This document shows, piece after piece, positions 28,179 through 39,824 of a stretch of DNA of 64,000 nucleotides. A program made the position numbers and the translations under genes. The stretch spans positions 20,361 through 84,360 of the forward strand of contig JAPPFD010000009.1 of assembly GCA_028823995.1 (NCBI GenBank), given 5' to 3'. The notes beneath the pieces were generated by a model. That model ran no database searches. It saw only the letters and a program-made list of their open reading frames with translations, and was not told where the DNA came from. Within the stretch, counting starts at the first letter, position 1. Each line of letters begins with the position of its first letter. The DNA comes from a bacterium (GTDB lineage: Bacteria > Actinomycetota > Acidimicrobiia > Spongiisociales > ZC4RG35).

Positions 28179-28634
28179 TTGCGAGTGGGAGCGATAACCG
28201 GCCACCATCACACGGGGATACAGGTCACCGACCTGGAGAGGTCTCTGCGGTTCTACCGGGACCTGTTAGGGCTGGAAGTGGTCCATGTGTGGAACCGCCA
28301 GGCGCCTTACATCGAGGAGTTGTTGGGGTATCCAGGCGTGGACATGCACGGGGTGGTGATGCGGATGCCCGACTCCGACAGTGTCCTCGAGATTCTGGAG
28401 TATCGCAACGTGGAGCGCAAGGCCATCGACCCGGGCACCGCCAATCCCGGCACGGCCCATGTCGCCTTCCGGGTGGATGACTGCGATGCGCTGTACGAGG
28501 AACTAACCCGAAAAGGGGTCAAGTCGGTCTCGCAGCCGGTCACGCCCACTATCGGTCCCAACAAGGGCGGCAGGACCGTGCTGATGCTCGACCCCGACGG
28601 CTTTCGGATCGAACTCCTCCAACCACCGCGATGA
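28179..28634 (+). CDS. VOC family protein (glyoxalase/bleomycin-resistance/dioxygenase fold)
   Basis: HHTGIQVTDLERSLRFYRDLLGLEV...AHVAFRVDD pattern. Confidence 0.7.
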   Translation: MRVGAITGHHHTGIQVTDLERSLRFYRDLLGLEVVHVWNRQAPYIEELLGYPGVDMHGVVMRMPDSDSVLEILEYRNVERKAIDPGTANPGTAHVAFRVDDCDALYEELTRKGVKSVSQPVTPTIGPNKGGRTVLMLDPDGFRIELLQPPR

Positions 28635-28921
28635 CCGGTAGCAAGACCCTGCTCACAGAGGAGGAGATCGGTGAACTCTTGGCCACTCATCCGGAGTGGA
28701 GACTCGAGGGGGACGCGCTAAGGCGGTCCTACAGGTTCTCCAACTTCCGGGCCGCCTTCGCCTTCATGACCCACGTGGCGTTGATTTCCGAGCGCCTCTT
28801 CCATCATCCAGAGTTGTCCAACGTATACAACCAGGTGGAGTTGGCCATCTGGAGTCATGACGTCGGTGGCCTGACCGCCAGGGACCGTCGATTCGTCGAG
28901 TTGGTGGACGCGATCGGCTGA
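28631..28921 (+). CDS. 4a-hydroxytetrahydrobiopterin dehydratase (pterin-4-alpha-carbinolamine dehydratase)
   Basis: 96 aa with RFSNFRAAFAFMTHVALISERLFHHPELSNVYNQVELAIWSHDVGGLTARD. Its start overlaps the previous stop (ATGA). Confidence 0.8.
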   Translation: MTGSKTLLTEEEIGELLATHPEWRLEGDALRRSYRFSNFRAAFAFMTHVALISERLFHHPELSNVYNQVELAIWSHDVGGLTARDRRFVELVDAIG

Positions 28922-28997
28922 CATTTGGTTCGGGATTCCGGAAGGAAGTCCCACAGAGTGGTACTCTTTCGGTGCTAGACGGGCCGAGGGGATTGCG

Positions 28998-30749
28998 ATG
29001 AATTACGACCTTCAGACTCTCCGCGGAGATGTTCTCGGTGGGATCACCGCGGCAGTTGTCCTGTTGCCGATGGCCCTCGCCTACGGGGTGGTGTCGGGCC
29101 TGGGGGTGATCGCCGGCCTGTACGGCGCGGTGGCGGTGGGGCTGTTCGCGTCCCTCTTCTGGGGCACCAAGGCGCTGATCTCGGGTCCCACCGGCCCTAT
29201 GGCGGTGGCCATGGCGGTGGTGGTGGGGAGCTATGCGGAGAACATCATCGAGGCGTTCACGATCGTGATCATGGCCGGCGTCATCCAAATCCTCCTGGGC
29301 CTGATCAAGATGGGTCGCTACGTCGCCTATACGCCGTACTCGGTGATCTCGGGGTTCACGTCCGGTGTGGGCGTGATCATCGTCCTGCTCCAAGTGCTGC
29401 CCTTCCTGGGCGCCTCATCGCCCGGCGGGGGGACCTGGGGGGCGATCCGCGCCGTGCCCGACGCCGTGGCGTCGGTCAACTACCACGCACTGGCGATTGC
29501 CCTGGTGACCCTGGTGGTGACGGTGGTCTGGCCGACGAAACTGGCCAGGGCCCTGCCGCCCACCCTGGCCGCTCTGGTAGTCGGCACCCTCATGGGAGTG
29601 CTGTGGTTGAAGGAAGCGCCGCTCATCGGGACGGTCCCCACCGGCTTCCCGGACGTGATCGACACTCACTCCGTCCTCCAGCATGCGATCGGTTCCTTCC
29701 AGCCGGCCCTGGTGCTTGCCCTGCTGGCTTCGATCAACACCCTCCTCATGTCCCTGATCGCCGACTCTTTGACCCGGGGCACCCACAACCCCAACCGGGA
29801 GTTGATGGGCCAGGGGGTGGGGAACATCTTCTCGGGGCTCTTCGGCGGTATGCCGGGAGCGGGGAACATCCCCGCCACCGTGGTGAACGCCCGGATCGGC
29901 GGGAGGACGCCGGTGTCGGGCGTGCTCTGCGCGCTGGTCCTCATGTCCCTCGTCCTGGGACTGGGGGAGTACGTGGGAGAGATCCCCCACGCGGTGCTGG
30001 CCGGCATCCTGATGAAGGTGGGCTGGGACATCATCGACTGGAGATTCATAACCCGGATCCACCGGGTGCAGCGGGAGCACCTGGTGGTGATGGTCATCAC
30101 CCTGGGGCTCACCGTGTTCGCCGACCTGCTGAGCGCCATCATGCTGGGCCTGATCGTGGCGGCGTTGGTGAGCGCCCGCCAGTTCGAGTACCTGGAGTTG
30201 GACAGCGTGATCTCCGCGCCGCTGCTCGACATCAGCTTCCTGGCCGACGAGGAGGAAGAAGAGGACGGTGAACCGGACCTCGACAGCATGCTGGCCCTGC
30301 TGGGAGGTGACGACGAAGATGACGAGGATGGCGACGGCGAACCTGACGCCCTGGACAGCATGCTGGCCCTGCTCGGCGATGACGACGATGACGAGGACGA
30401 GTTCGACCCCTTCTCCGCCCGGTGCGGCCTGGTGTCTTTCCGGGGAAGCTTCACTGTGGCGTCATCCAACCGGATGTTCAGCACCATCAGCGTGGACATC
30501 CGGGACCACGAGGTGGTGATCCTCGACTTCTCCCAGACCGACTACATGGACGACAGCGCCGCGTTCGTGGTGGAGAGGTTGGTGGATGTCGCCATCGAGG
30601 AAGACACCGAGTGCATAGTGATGGGCCTGGGAGGCGCGGTCGGCGCCAGCCTCCAGAAGCTCCAAATACTGCGGAGCGTCCCCAAGGACCGTTATGTCGA
30701 GGACATGGACGAGGCCAAAGTAATCGCCAAGCAGATACTGGGGATTTGA
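28998..30749 (+). CDS. SulP family inorganic anion transporter with C-terminal STAS domain
   Basis: N-terminal SulP TM core (LRGDVLGGITAAVVLLPMALAYG...) with a C-terminal STAS domain. An acidic linker carrying a tandem duplication lies between them. Confidence 0.85.
   Translation: MNYDLQTLRGDVLGGITAAVVLLPMALAYGVVSGLGVIAGLYGAVAVGLFASLFWGTKALISGPTGPMAVAMAVVVGSYAENIIEAFTIVIMAGVIQILLGLIKMGRYVAYTPYSVISGFTSGVGVIIVLLQVLPFLGASSPGGGTWGAIRAVPDAVASVNYHALAIALVTLVVTVVWPTKLARALPPTLAALVVGTLMGVLWLKEAPLIGTVPTGFPDVIDTHSVLQHAIGSFQPALVLALLASINTLLMSLIADSLTRGTHNPNRELMGQGVGNIFSGLFGGMPGAGNIPATVVNARIGGRTPVSGVLCALVLMSLVLGLGEYVGEIPHAVLAGILMKVGWDIIDWRFITRIHRVQREHLVVMVITLGLTVFADLLSAIMLGLIVAALVSARQFEYLELDSVISAPLLDISFLADEEEEEDGEPDLDSMLALLGGDDEDDEDGDGEPDALDSMLALLGDDDDDEDEFDPFSARCGLVSFRGSFTVASSNRMFSTISVDIRDHEVVILDFSQTDYMDDSAAFVVERLVDVAIEEDTECIVMGLGGAVGASLQKLQILRSVPKDRYVEDMDEAKVIAKQILGI
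30267..30401 (+). repeat. in-frame tandem duplication (~69 bp x2) encoding acidic GEPD(L/A)LDSMLALLG-DDEDDED linker repeats inside the SulP gene
   Basis: Two near-identical units, ggtgaaccggacctcgacagcatgctggccctgctgg... and ggcgaacctgacgccctggacagcatgctggccctgctcg..., are read directly from the sequence. Confidence 0.7.
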
Positions 30750-30843
30750 TCGCCGGGGACCGAGCGCCGCCGTGAGGGGTGTCTGGCAAAAGGCTTCGAA
30801 ACGGTCTTTATGAAACGATCGAGCGTGCGCGGGGTTCGGAGGC

Positions 30844-31797
30844 CTATTCGGAGACGCCGGAGGGCGGTAGCGCGTAGCGGACTCCGGTGAGTTCTTGGGA
30901 GATTCGCCAGAGCTGGCGGGAGTTCTCGGAGTTGTGGGAGGCGGCATTGGAAGAGACCACCACGGGGTGTCCCTTCAGGCCTCCCAGCCCGCGCGGTCCG
31001 TAGTACTGGCCGCCCTCGGCTTGGGGATCGACCGCGGCTCGCAAGGTGGGGAGGGCGCCCATCGCCGCGCTCTGGATGAACACCGACATCAGTGGTTCCT
31101 GTATCCGCGAATACCAGTGGGTTCCGAGATGGCCGCCGATGTTGGTGGAGGAGAACCCCGGATGGGCGGCGAGAGCGGAAACCTGTGCGCCGGCGGACCG
31201 GAGGCGCCTCTCAAGTTCGTAGGTGAATAACAGGTTGGCCAGCTTGGAACGCCAGTAGGGCCGGAACGGCGTGTACCCGCCGTTCTCGAAGAGCAGGTTC
31301 TCGAAGTCCAGTGTGGCGCCGCGGTGACCGACGCTGCTGACCGTCACCACCCTGGCTCCGGGGGTGGCCAGCAGCAGTTCCAGCAACCTCCCGGTCAGGG
31401 CGAAATGGCCCAGGTGATTGATGCCCATCTGGCTCTCGAATCCGTCCTCGGTAAGCGAGTGGGGAACGGCCATGACGCCCGCGTTGTTGATCAGCATGTC
31501 TAGGCGCGCGTGGCCGTTTGCGAAGTCCAGGGCGAAACCCTGGATGGACGAGAGACTCCCCAGGTCGAGCTTCATCAACTCCACCGAGGAGTCCGGCATC
31601 TCGGCTCGCAGTTCCCCGACCGCCTGCTGGCCGCGTTCCGTGGACCTGCAGGCCAGGATGGTGTGGGCGCCCCGGCGGGCCAGTTCCCTGGCGGTCTCCA
31701 ACCCGATGCCGCTGTTGGCGCCGGTGACCACCGCCACCTTGCCGGCCAGGTCAGGAATCTGTTCGGAGGTCCACTTGGGTTTCCGGGCCATTCCCAT
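30844..31797 (-). CDS. short-chain dehydrogenase/reductase (SDR) family oxidoreductase
   Basis: KVAVVTGANSGIGLETARELARRGA...NNAG...YWRSK motifs. Confidence 0.85.
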   Translation of the reverse strand: MGMARKPKWTSEQIPDLAGKVAVVTGANSGIGLETARELARRGAHTILACRSTERGQQAVGELRAEMPDSSVELMKLDLGSLSSIQGFALDFANGHARLDMLINNAGVMAVPHSLTEDGFESQMGINHLGHFALTGRLLELLLATPGARVVTVSSVGHRGATLDFENLLFENGGYTPFRPYWRSKLANLLFTYELERRLRSAGAQVSALAAHPGFSSTNIGGHLGTHWYSRIQEPLMSVFIQSAAMGALPTLRAAVDPQAEGGQYYGPRGLGGLKGHPVVVSSNAASHNSENSRQLWRISQELTGVRYALPPSGVSE

Positions 31798-31945
31798 CGC
31801 CCTCAGGTTCTCTTCATCATTGGATTCCAGGTCCTCGGAAGCGTCTCGCCGACAGCCTGTGGCTTTCTAAGAAACGTTTACACAGTAACCGTTGCTTAGA
31901 ACAGAGTCTGGCAACCCCTGAGGTTGACGGCTCTCTTGGTGACGC

Positions 31946-32761
31946 TCATTCACCGTCCCGAGCCGGTTGCTCTTCTGAATCGGCGCAAAGATCGATCCAC
32001 AGTTGAGCGTCGGGGATCTCGGTTGCGATGGTGGCCGGCCAGGAGGGATCGTAGGAGCGGGCGGAGGCGATTCTCTCGGCGGCGCGACGTTTCTCCGCAC
32101 CGAGACAAACCATCACTGCCGTTCTGCTCAACTCGGCGATGGTGCTTATCCCCACCGTTACTCCGTGATTTGGCACTTCGTCGAGCGAGTCGAAGTCTGG
32201 AAACGTCCTGAGGTTGTCGGTGCGGGTCGGGGTGGAGAGTTCCACAATCCGGGTGGTCGAGTCCCGGGGACTGCCGGAAGGGTTGAATCCTATGTGGCCG
32301 TCGGAGGCCCCGCTGGCCAGGAGGAACAGGTCGAATCCCCCGGCGTCGGCGATGCGGCGGTCGTAGGCGGGTGGATCGGACGGGTCCGGCATCCAGATGC
32401 GGTCCCGGTTCGGTGCGCCCGGCAAATGGGCCAGGGGTTTTCCGATCTCCTCCGTGGCGAAGCGCCGGCAGGAGTAGTGAGCGTTGATCGGAACGTGGAC
32501 GTATCCGTTGCTGCTCAGGATTACGTAGTTGTCCATCATCACCACCACCAACGGTGACAGGTCAACCGACTGTTGGGCCGCCACTGCGGGGAGGGCTCGG
32601 TAGGTGGAGAGGGGGCTTCGGCCGCCCGGACAACCCAGCAGGTACTTCCTCCCCTGGTGGCCGGCCCGGCGGACGCCGTCCACGATCCTTTGGGCCAGCG
32701 CCAGGCCCAATGCGTCCTCGTCTTCGAAGATTCGTGGGGTGATGGGTGGAGGTGACTTCAA
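31946..32761 (-). CDS. glucosamine-6-phosphate deaminase / 6-phosphogluconolactonase family protein (start tentative: TTG 32759-32761)
   Basis: The core ...ALGLALAQRIVDGV...YLLGCPGGRSPLSTYRAL...LFLLASGASDGHIGFN... matches the NagB/Pgl fold. The ORF-track N-terminal 110 aa are low-complexity and spurious. Confidence 0.55.
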   Translation of the reverse strand: MKSPPPITPRIFEDEDALGLALAQRIVDGVRRAGHQGRKYLLGCPGGRSPLSTYRALPAVAAQQSVDLSPLVVVMMDNYVILSSNGYVHVPINAHYSCRRFATEEIGKPLAHLPGAPNRDRIWMPDPSDPPAYDRRIADAGGFDLFLLASGASDGHIGFNPSGSPRDSTTRIVELSTPTRTDNLRTFPDFDSLDEVPNHGVTVGISTIAELSRTAVMVCLGAEKRRAAERIASARSYDPSWPATIATEIPDAQLWIDLCADSEEQPARDGE

Positions 32762-33669
32762 GGTTTTCCGGACGATCCGTCTTCCAACTGGCGCAGCCAC
32801 TGCAGATTCCTGGCCTGCACCCCGGCGGCGGAGCGGAGTTCGGCCTCCGAGGAGATCGGCGCCCGGTCCTGTTCGACCACCGCCCAACCCCGGTACCCGG
32901 ATTGTGACAGGTGGGCCAGGAACTCGCGCAACGGGAGATCCCCCTCCCCGAGCGGGACCGAGACATCCGCCCACCAGACGTCGAAGTCGTCCCGCCCCCG
33001 GGCCTTTGCCTCCTCCAGGACCGAGAGGCGCACGTCTTTGAGATGGATGTGGTTGATCCGCTCCCGCCAGGCCGCCAGGCACTCCAGGATGTCCCCGCCA
33101 CCGAGGGCGATGTGGCCGGTGTCGAAGGTGAGATCGATGTCGGTGAGTTCCAGGAGCCTCTCGACTTCGGAGGGGCTCTCCACATAGGTGCTGATGTGGG
33201 GATGGAAAGACGGGACCAATCCCCGGCGGCGGATCTCGGCGGCCATCCGGTTGGCAGTGGCGCAGAGTTCACGGAAGGCGTCGGGGGAGAGCGCATGGGT
33301 GGGATCGTCGCCCCGGGCGGGGTTGCGGAGCAGGATGTCGCTGCCCTCGTCGGCGAGGATCGCCAGACGGGGGCCGACTCCGGTTTCCTGCAACTCGCAC
33401 AGTGCTTCCTCCATGTGGGCTTCGTCGCGGGCCAACAGGGCCGGATCGGCGAAGTGCAGAGGGATGTAGATTCCCACCGGGACCAGGCCGCGCCGCTGGA
33501 ATAGCCGGGCTGCAGAGCCGGGAGAACCGGCGTACCCGGCGGGTGGGAACTCCGCTCCGTCGTATCCGGAGGAGGCCATGGCGGCCACCAGGTGTTCGGG
33601 CGACCGCCCGTCGGTGGCCTCCGGCGGTCCGTAGACGCCGAAGCTCACCGGTGCGGCGCCGACCTTCAT
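32758..33669 (-). CDS. sugar phosphate isomerase/epimerase (xylose-isomerase-like TIM barrel)
   Basis: The true start MKVGAAPVSFGVYG... is an ATG at 33667-33669 that overlaps the upstream stop (ATGA). The remaining ORF-track N-terminus is spurious. Confidence 0.7.
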   Translation of the reverse strand: MKVGAAPVSFGVYGPPEATDGRSPEHLVAAMASSGYDGAEFPPAGYAGSPGSAARLFQRRGLVPVGIYIPLHFADPALLARDEAHMEEALCELQETGVGPRLAILADEGSDILLRNPARGDDPTHALSPDAFRELCATANRMAAEIRRRGLVPSFHPHISTYVESPSEVERLLELTDIDLTFDTGHIALGGGDILECLAAWRERINHIHLKDVRLSVLEEAKARGRDDFDVWWADVSVPLGEGDLPLREFLAHLSQSGYRGWAVVEQDRAPISSEAELRSAAGVQARNLQWLRQLEDGSSGKP

Positions 33670-34793
33670 CGACGCAGTGCAGCCTCGCCGCCGACGGCCA
33701 GCCCGTCTCTGCTGGCCAACGCGGCCACCATGTCCTGGAGGAATGCCGTGTCCTGTGCGGCGCCCGCCCCGTCGGAGATGGGCCGGCCGCTGGTGATCGC
33801 CCGGTGGAACGCCTTCAGTTCCCTGGTGAAGGGCGATTCGGTCCCGGCGGGATGACGGACCGCGCCGTCTCCGCCCTTGATGACCAAGGAGGCTGCCCGA
33901 TCGAGATAGGGGTTGGAAAAGCGGAATTCCAGCGATCCCCGGGTTCCGTGCGCCTCGAAGACCTCCCGGTAGGCGGGCGACGCGGGGAGCCAGAGCCATG
34001 TCATCTCCACGCCGGTATGACCGGGGAACTCGGCCCGGGCCGTGAGGCTGGGGGGATCGGCGGGGGCCCCGGACGGCAGGGGAGGCCACAGGTCGGCGGC
34101 CGTCAAGCGGGGGAGCCCTCCCATCACGCCCCGTATGAAGGACACGGTGTGGATGAACGAAGCGGCCAGCACGTTTCGGTACAGCCGACCCCACTCGGCG
34201 GGAAGGTCTCCCAGTGCCTGGCGGGTGCGGCGCTCCTCGAACGCCGCCGCCTCGGCCATCGCCCGGTGATCGATGTCGTCGAAGTGCAGTGTGTCGGCCG
34301 GGCCCAGGCAGGTCGAGTGTTCGGGATGGTAGACGGTGTGGCGGACCAGGCGGAGGTCCCCGATGGCGTCGAGGCCCTCCCGCAACTCCGGGAGCAACTC
34401 TTCGTGAAGCTTCATGTAGCCGACCTGGAGCGCCAGACCCTTGTCGGCGGCCAGGGCATGGAGGCGCAGGGCGCCTTCCACCGTCAAACAGAGGGGCTTC
34501 TCGGCAAAGACGTGTTTCCCGGCTTTGAGAGCGCCTTCGCTGATCTGCTCATGAGCTCCGGAGGTGAGGATCAGCACCGCCTCTACCTCGGGATGGGCGC
34601 AGACCTCCCGCCAGTCCGTGGTGGCGAGCACGTCTCCGGGCAGCCCTTCGGCGATCCGGTGGGTGAGCAGAGGCGATATGTCCGCCACGGCCGCCACCCG
34701 GAACAGACTCTCCATCCGGGCCAGGTTCGGGAGGTGCTGGATCTGGGCGATGCTTCCCAGCCCTATCACCCCCACCGCGATCGGTCGGTTCAC
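33666..34793 (-). CDS. Gfo/Idh/MocA family NAD(P)-dependent oxidoreductase
   Basis: N-terminal Rossmann motif IAVGVIGLGSIAQIQHLP plus EKPL. Confidence 0.85.
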   Translation of the reverse strand: MNRPIAVGVIGLGSIAQIQHLPNLARMESLFRVAAVADISPLLTHRIAEGLPGDVLATTDWREVCAHPEVEAVLILTSGAHEQISEGALKAGKHVFAEKPLCLTVEGALRLHALAADKGLALQVGYMKLHEELLPELREGLDAIGDLRLVRHTVYHPEHSTCLGPADTLHFDDIDHRAMAEAAAFEERRTRQALGDLPAEWGRLYRNVLAASFIHTVSFIRGVMGGLPRLTAADLWPPLPSGAPADPPSLTARAEFPGHTGVEMTWLWLPASPAYREVFEAHGTRGSLEFRFSNPYLDRAASLVIKGGDGAVRHPAGTESPFTRELKAFHRAITSGRPISDGAGAAQDTAFLQDMVAALASRDGLAVGGEAALRR

Positions 34794-34839
34794 TTCATGC
34801 TCCTTCCGGGCGGCGACCCATCATCCCCGACATGACTCC

Positions 34840-36798
<1,959 letters not shown>

Positions 36799-36852
36799 AG
36801 GGCCTAGAGGGTATCGCCGCGGGGCGGGTGGCCCGGTGGGGCCGGGACCGGA

Positions 36853-37701
36853 TCAGGCGGACAACTCCGCCTCCACGCCCAGCCGACCGTGCTCCGAGTA
36901 CGCGCCCATGGTCCATCGGCGGGTCCCGGCCTCCTCGTCGGGCCCCCCGCGCAGGCGCAGGGCGTCGCCGCAGAAGAACGGCGAGCGCGCCCGGAAGGAA
37001 AAGCGCGCCGGTCCGGCCACGCCGTTGCGCCGGCCCAGGTCCGCTAGGAGCATGGCGGTGAGCGGGCCTTGCACCACCAGGCCCGGGTATCCCTCCACAC
37101 CGGTGGCGTAGGAGTGGTCGTAGTGAATGCGGTGGGAGTTGTTGGTGAGGGCCGAGAACCGGAACAGGAGAACCGGGTCGGTGGTGACGTCCTGGCTCCA
37201 CGGCCTGCGGGGCGGCCCGGGGCCCGAGGCCGGTTCCCGGGGAACCGAGGGCGGGGAGTCGGTGTAGATCAGGTTCTGGGACTCGGTGAGCGCCGGTCCC
37301 CCCTCTCCCCAGATCCGGTATTCCACCGTCACCACCACCAGGGCGCCGCTGCGCCCGTCCTTGTGGGTCACGCTCTTCACGGTCGCCTGTTGCCGGGCCT
37401 CTTCTCCCACCAGCAGCGGACGGTGGAAGACGGTGGTCCCGCCGGCGAACATCCTCCTTCGCTGCGGAACGGGGGGGAGGAAACCTCCCCGGCGGGGATG
37501 GCCGTCATCGCCGGTCTCGGACCGCCGGGCCGACGGGAGGAAGTAGAGCCAGTGCCACATGGGAGGAAGGGGGTCTCCCTCCTCTGCGGCCGGACCATCC
37601 AGATCGAAGAGCGCGGAAAACGCCGCGACCGGCCAGGGGTCGAGACGCTGATGGCGGATCTCGGAGTTTCCTATCCAATCGGTCAGGTTCGAAGAGTTCA
37701 T
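36853..37701 (-). CDS. MaoC-like / FAS1-like dehydratase (hotdog fold) protein
   Basis: The true start MNSSNLTDWIGNSEI... is an ATG at 37699-37701 that overlaps the upstream stop (ATGA). The C-terminal region carries the hotdog-fold signature. Confidence 0.6.
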   Translation of the reverse strand: MNSSNLTDWIGNSEIRHQRLDPWPVAAFSALFDLDGPAAEEGDPLPPMWHWLYFLPSARRSETGDDGHPRRGGFLPPVPQRRRMFAGGTTVFHRPLLVGEEARQQATVKSVTHKDGRSGALVVVTVEYRIWGEGGPALTESQNLIYTDSPPSVPREPASGPGPPRRPWSQDVTTDPVLLFRFSALTNNSHRIHYDHSYATGVEGYPGLVVQGPLTAMLLADLGRRNGVAGPARFSFRARSPFFCGDALRLRGGPDEEAGTRRWTMGAYSEHGRLGVEAELSA

Positions 37702-38513
37702 AAGGCGGTCTGGGATCGGCGGGCCTGAAGTTGCAGTCGCACAAAGGGTACGACGTAGACGCCGTCGCCGGCCCGGGTGAGGTCCGCCACCTTCTCCGAC
37801 ACTTCGGCTACCAGGTCCTCGAAAACCGGAGGGGGCAGGCGGGTTCGGTACCCGGTCAGGGTCTGGGTGCGCAGCCAGCCGGTCAGACCGGTGCGGGAAA
37901 AGGGGCGAGGCTGGGTCTCGGTCCGCAGGTCCTCGGCGCCGCCGAAGGGCGAGTCGGCCACCATCTCCCGGTAGCGGCGGAGGGACGGCCACGGGTGATG
38001 GGGCAGGCGGCCTTGCAGGTATTGGCGGTAAGGCGCCCGGTCGGCGACCGAGAAGATGATCCTCCGGATCTCTTCGATGTTGGTCTCTCCGGCAAAGCTG
38101 GCCACCAGCCTGCCGCCGGGGATCAGGGCGTGGAAGATCCTCTCCAGCACCAGGGGGTGTTCGGGGATGGGAATCCAGTGCAGGCAGGCGATCGAGACCA
38201 CCGCCGCGAAGCGCCTCTCCCAGCCCAGATCCTGGACCCGGCGCACCTCGAAGCGGAGCCGGGGGCCCTCATGGCGCCGGGCCTGTTCGATCTGGCTCGG
38301 CGAGGCGTCGATCCCGATCACCTCGGTTCGGGGGTAGTGGTCCGCCAAGGCCGCGGTCAGATCGCCGGCGCCGCACCCCACGTCCAGGAGGAAGTCTCCG
38401 GCGCCCAGGCCGAAGTCCCACACCGCCGGCGGGTCGAAGGCCCGATGGTGGGCGGTGTTCTCCCGGTACTCCGAACCGCTCCAGGCATCGGGCGCCCCTG
38501 CCACCGGGTTCAT
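37698..38513 (-). CDS. class I SAM-dependent methyltransferase (Tam/trans-aconitate methyltransferase-like)
   Basis: Motif I LLDVGCGAGDL, with ALIPGGRLV downstream. The true start is MNPVAGAP...; the ORF-track N-terminus is spurious. Confidence 0.75.
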   Translation of the reverse strand: MNPVAGAPDAWSGSEYRENTAHHRAFDPPAVWDFGLGAGDFLLDVGCGAGDLTAALADHYPRTEVIGIDASPSQIEQARRHEGPRLRFEVRRVQDLGWERRFAAVVSIACLHWIPIPEHPLVLERIFHALIPGGRLVASFAGETNIEEIRRIIFSVADRAPYRQYLQGRLPHHPWPSLRRYREMVADSPFGGAEDLRTETQPRPFSRTGLTGWLRTQTLTGYRTRLPPPVFEDLVAEVSEKVADLTRAGDGVYVVPFVRLQLQARRSQTAL

Positions 38514-38673
38514 GTGCAGGACAGGCTCATCCGAGCCGTGGCGGTCTGAGCGGAAGGACCGATCCTGAACGGAGACATGTCGAAAGAGCCAAATAGCATC
38601 CGGCCGGCGGTCGTCATTGTCGAATAACATACATGGCCCGTTCCCGGCCGGCCGTGGCGAAGGCCGGAGGGGA

Positions 38674-39732
38674 TCAGGGTGTCCAGGAACGGGCGCGCCG
38701 GAGGAAGACGTCGGGGTCGGCCACCCACTCGGCGTATCCGATCGTCCGGTGATCGGTGAGGTAGTCGAGTTTCTGATCCAGGCAAGCAATCAGAGCCGGT
38801 TCGGTGGCGGGAAGGGTCCACCCACCCAGTTCCACCTCCGGATCGAGAGCGGTCACCGCGAAGGCCCCACCGTCCCCGTTGGCGCGGGCCGCCTCGAGGT
38901 TCCCGATCTCACCGCGGGCCACCGCGTCTATCGACCCGTCGGCCAGGGCGTCGAGGAGTTCCGTCTCTCCGGTGTCCTCCCCCAGGTAGACCACCACCGG
39001 CATCTCGGAAGAGGGAGGATCGAGCCGCCGCCGACTCTCCAATCGGGAAGACGATCCGGCGGCGGTGATGACATATCGGTCCGACCCGTCCGCCACCAGG
39101 GGGCCGGCGTCGGTGGCGATCCGGGTTCCTTCGGCCAGCGTCCCGCGGGGATCGGCCAAGCCGGTGAGTTGCAGCAGCCGGGCCTCCCCGGTGGTGGCCG
39201 CCAGAACCCCCACGCGGACTTCTTCGGTCAGGTCGGCGTGGGTGGCGTAAAGGGAGGCTTCTGCCGCCCGGACCAGGAGCGACTGGCGAAAGCCGATGTG
39301 GCCCGAGGTGAAGACCACTACCTCGTCGCCGGCGGCGTCACGGGTGCGGGATTCGAGAATGGTGATTCCGCCACCGGCTACGTCGAAGTCGTCTCCGGCG
39401 GGCAGGAGCCAGATGTCCGGCCAGTCCGCCACGGGGATGCGGTCGAAAACCAGCCCGGCGCCGTCCATTTCTTCCAAGGCGGTGAGTAGGTCGGCCTCGT
39501 ATCCCACGTGGTCGGCGAACCCGGCCGAGTCGGGATCGGGATCGGCGCTGGCGCTGACCGGTTCGAAGAATGCGTAGAAGGCGAAGCGGAGTGTCCGCCC
39601 CTCGGCGCAGGCGCCCGAAACGGCCTCTGGCTGGTCCGGGGAGGTCTGTCCGCAGGCCGCCAGGATGGTCAAGACCACTGCAGCAAGCGAGACAAGCAAC
39701 CGGCCTGATAAGGAATGAGTGGTCATTCTCAA
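38674..39732 (-). CDS. secreted lipoprotein, probable solute-binding protein
   Basis: Signal peptide with lipobox (LLVSLAAVVLTILAACGQ). The family is unclear. Confidence 0.45.
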   Translation of the reverse strand: MRMTTHSLSGRLLVSLAAVVLTILAACGQTSPDQPEAVSGACAEGRTLRFAFYAFFEPVSASADPDPDSAGFADHVGYEADLLTALEEMDGAGLVFDRIPVADWPDIWLLPAGDDFDVAGGGITILESRTRDAAGDEVVVFTSGHIGFRQSLLVRAAEASLYATHADLTEEVRVGVLAATTGEARLLQLTGLADPRGTLAEGTRIATDAGPLVADGSDRYVITAAGSSSRLESRRRLDPPSSEMPVVVYLGEDTGETELLDALADGSIDAVARGEIGNLEAARANGDGGAFAVTALDPEVELGGWTLPATEPALIACLDQKLDYLTDHRTIGYAEWVADPDVFLRRARSWTP

Positions 39733-39824
39733 GGCGGCATGTTATCGGTGGATAATGGCGCCCACCTGCGGATTCGGATGGGTGGGGTAACATCCTTGCC
39801 AGCCGATCCGACGCATCTTCTCCC

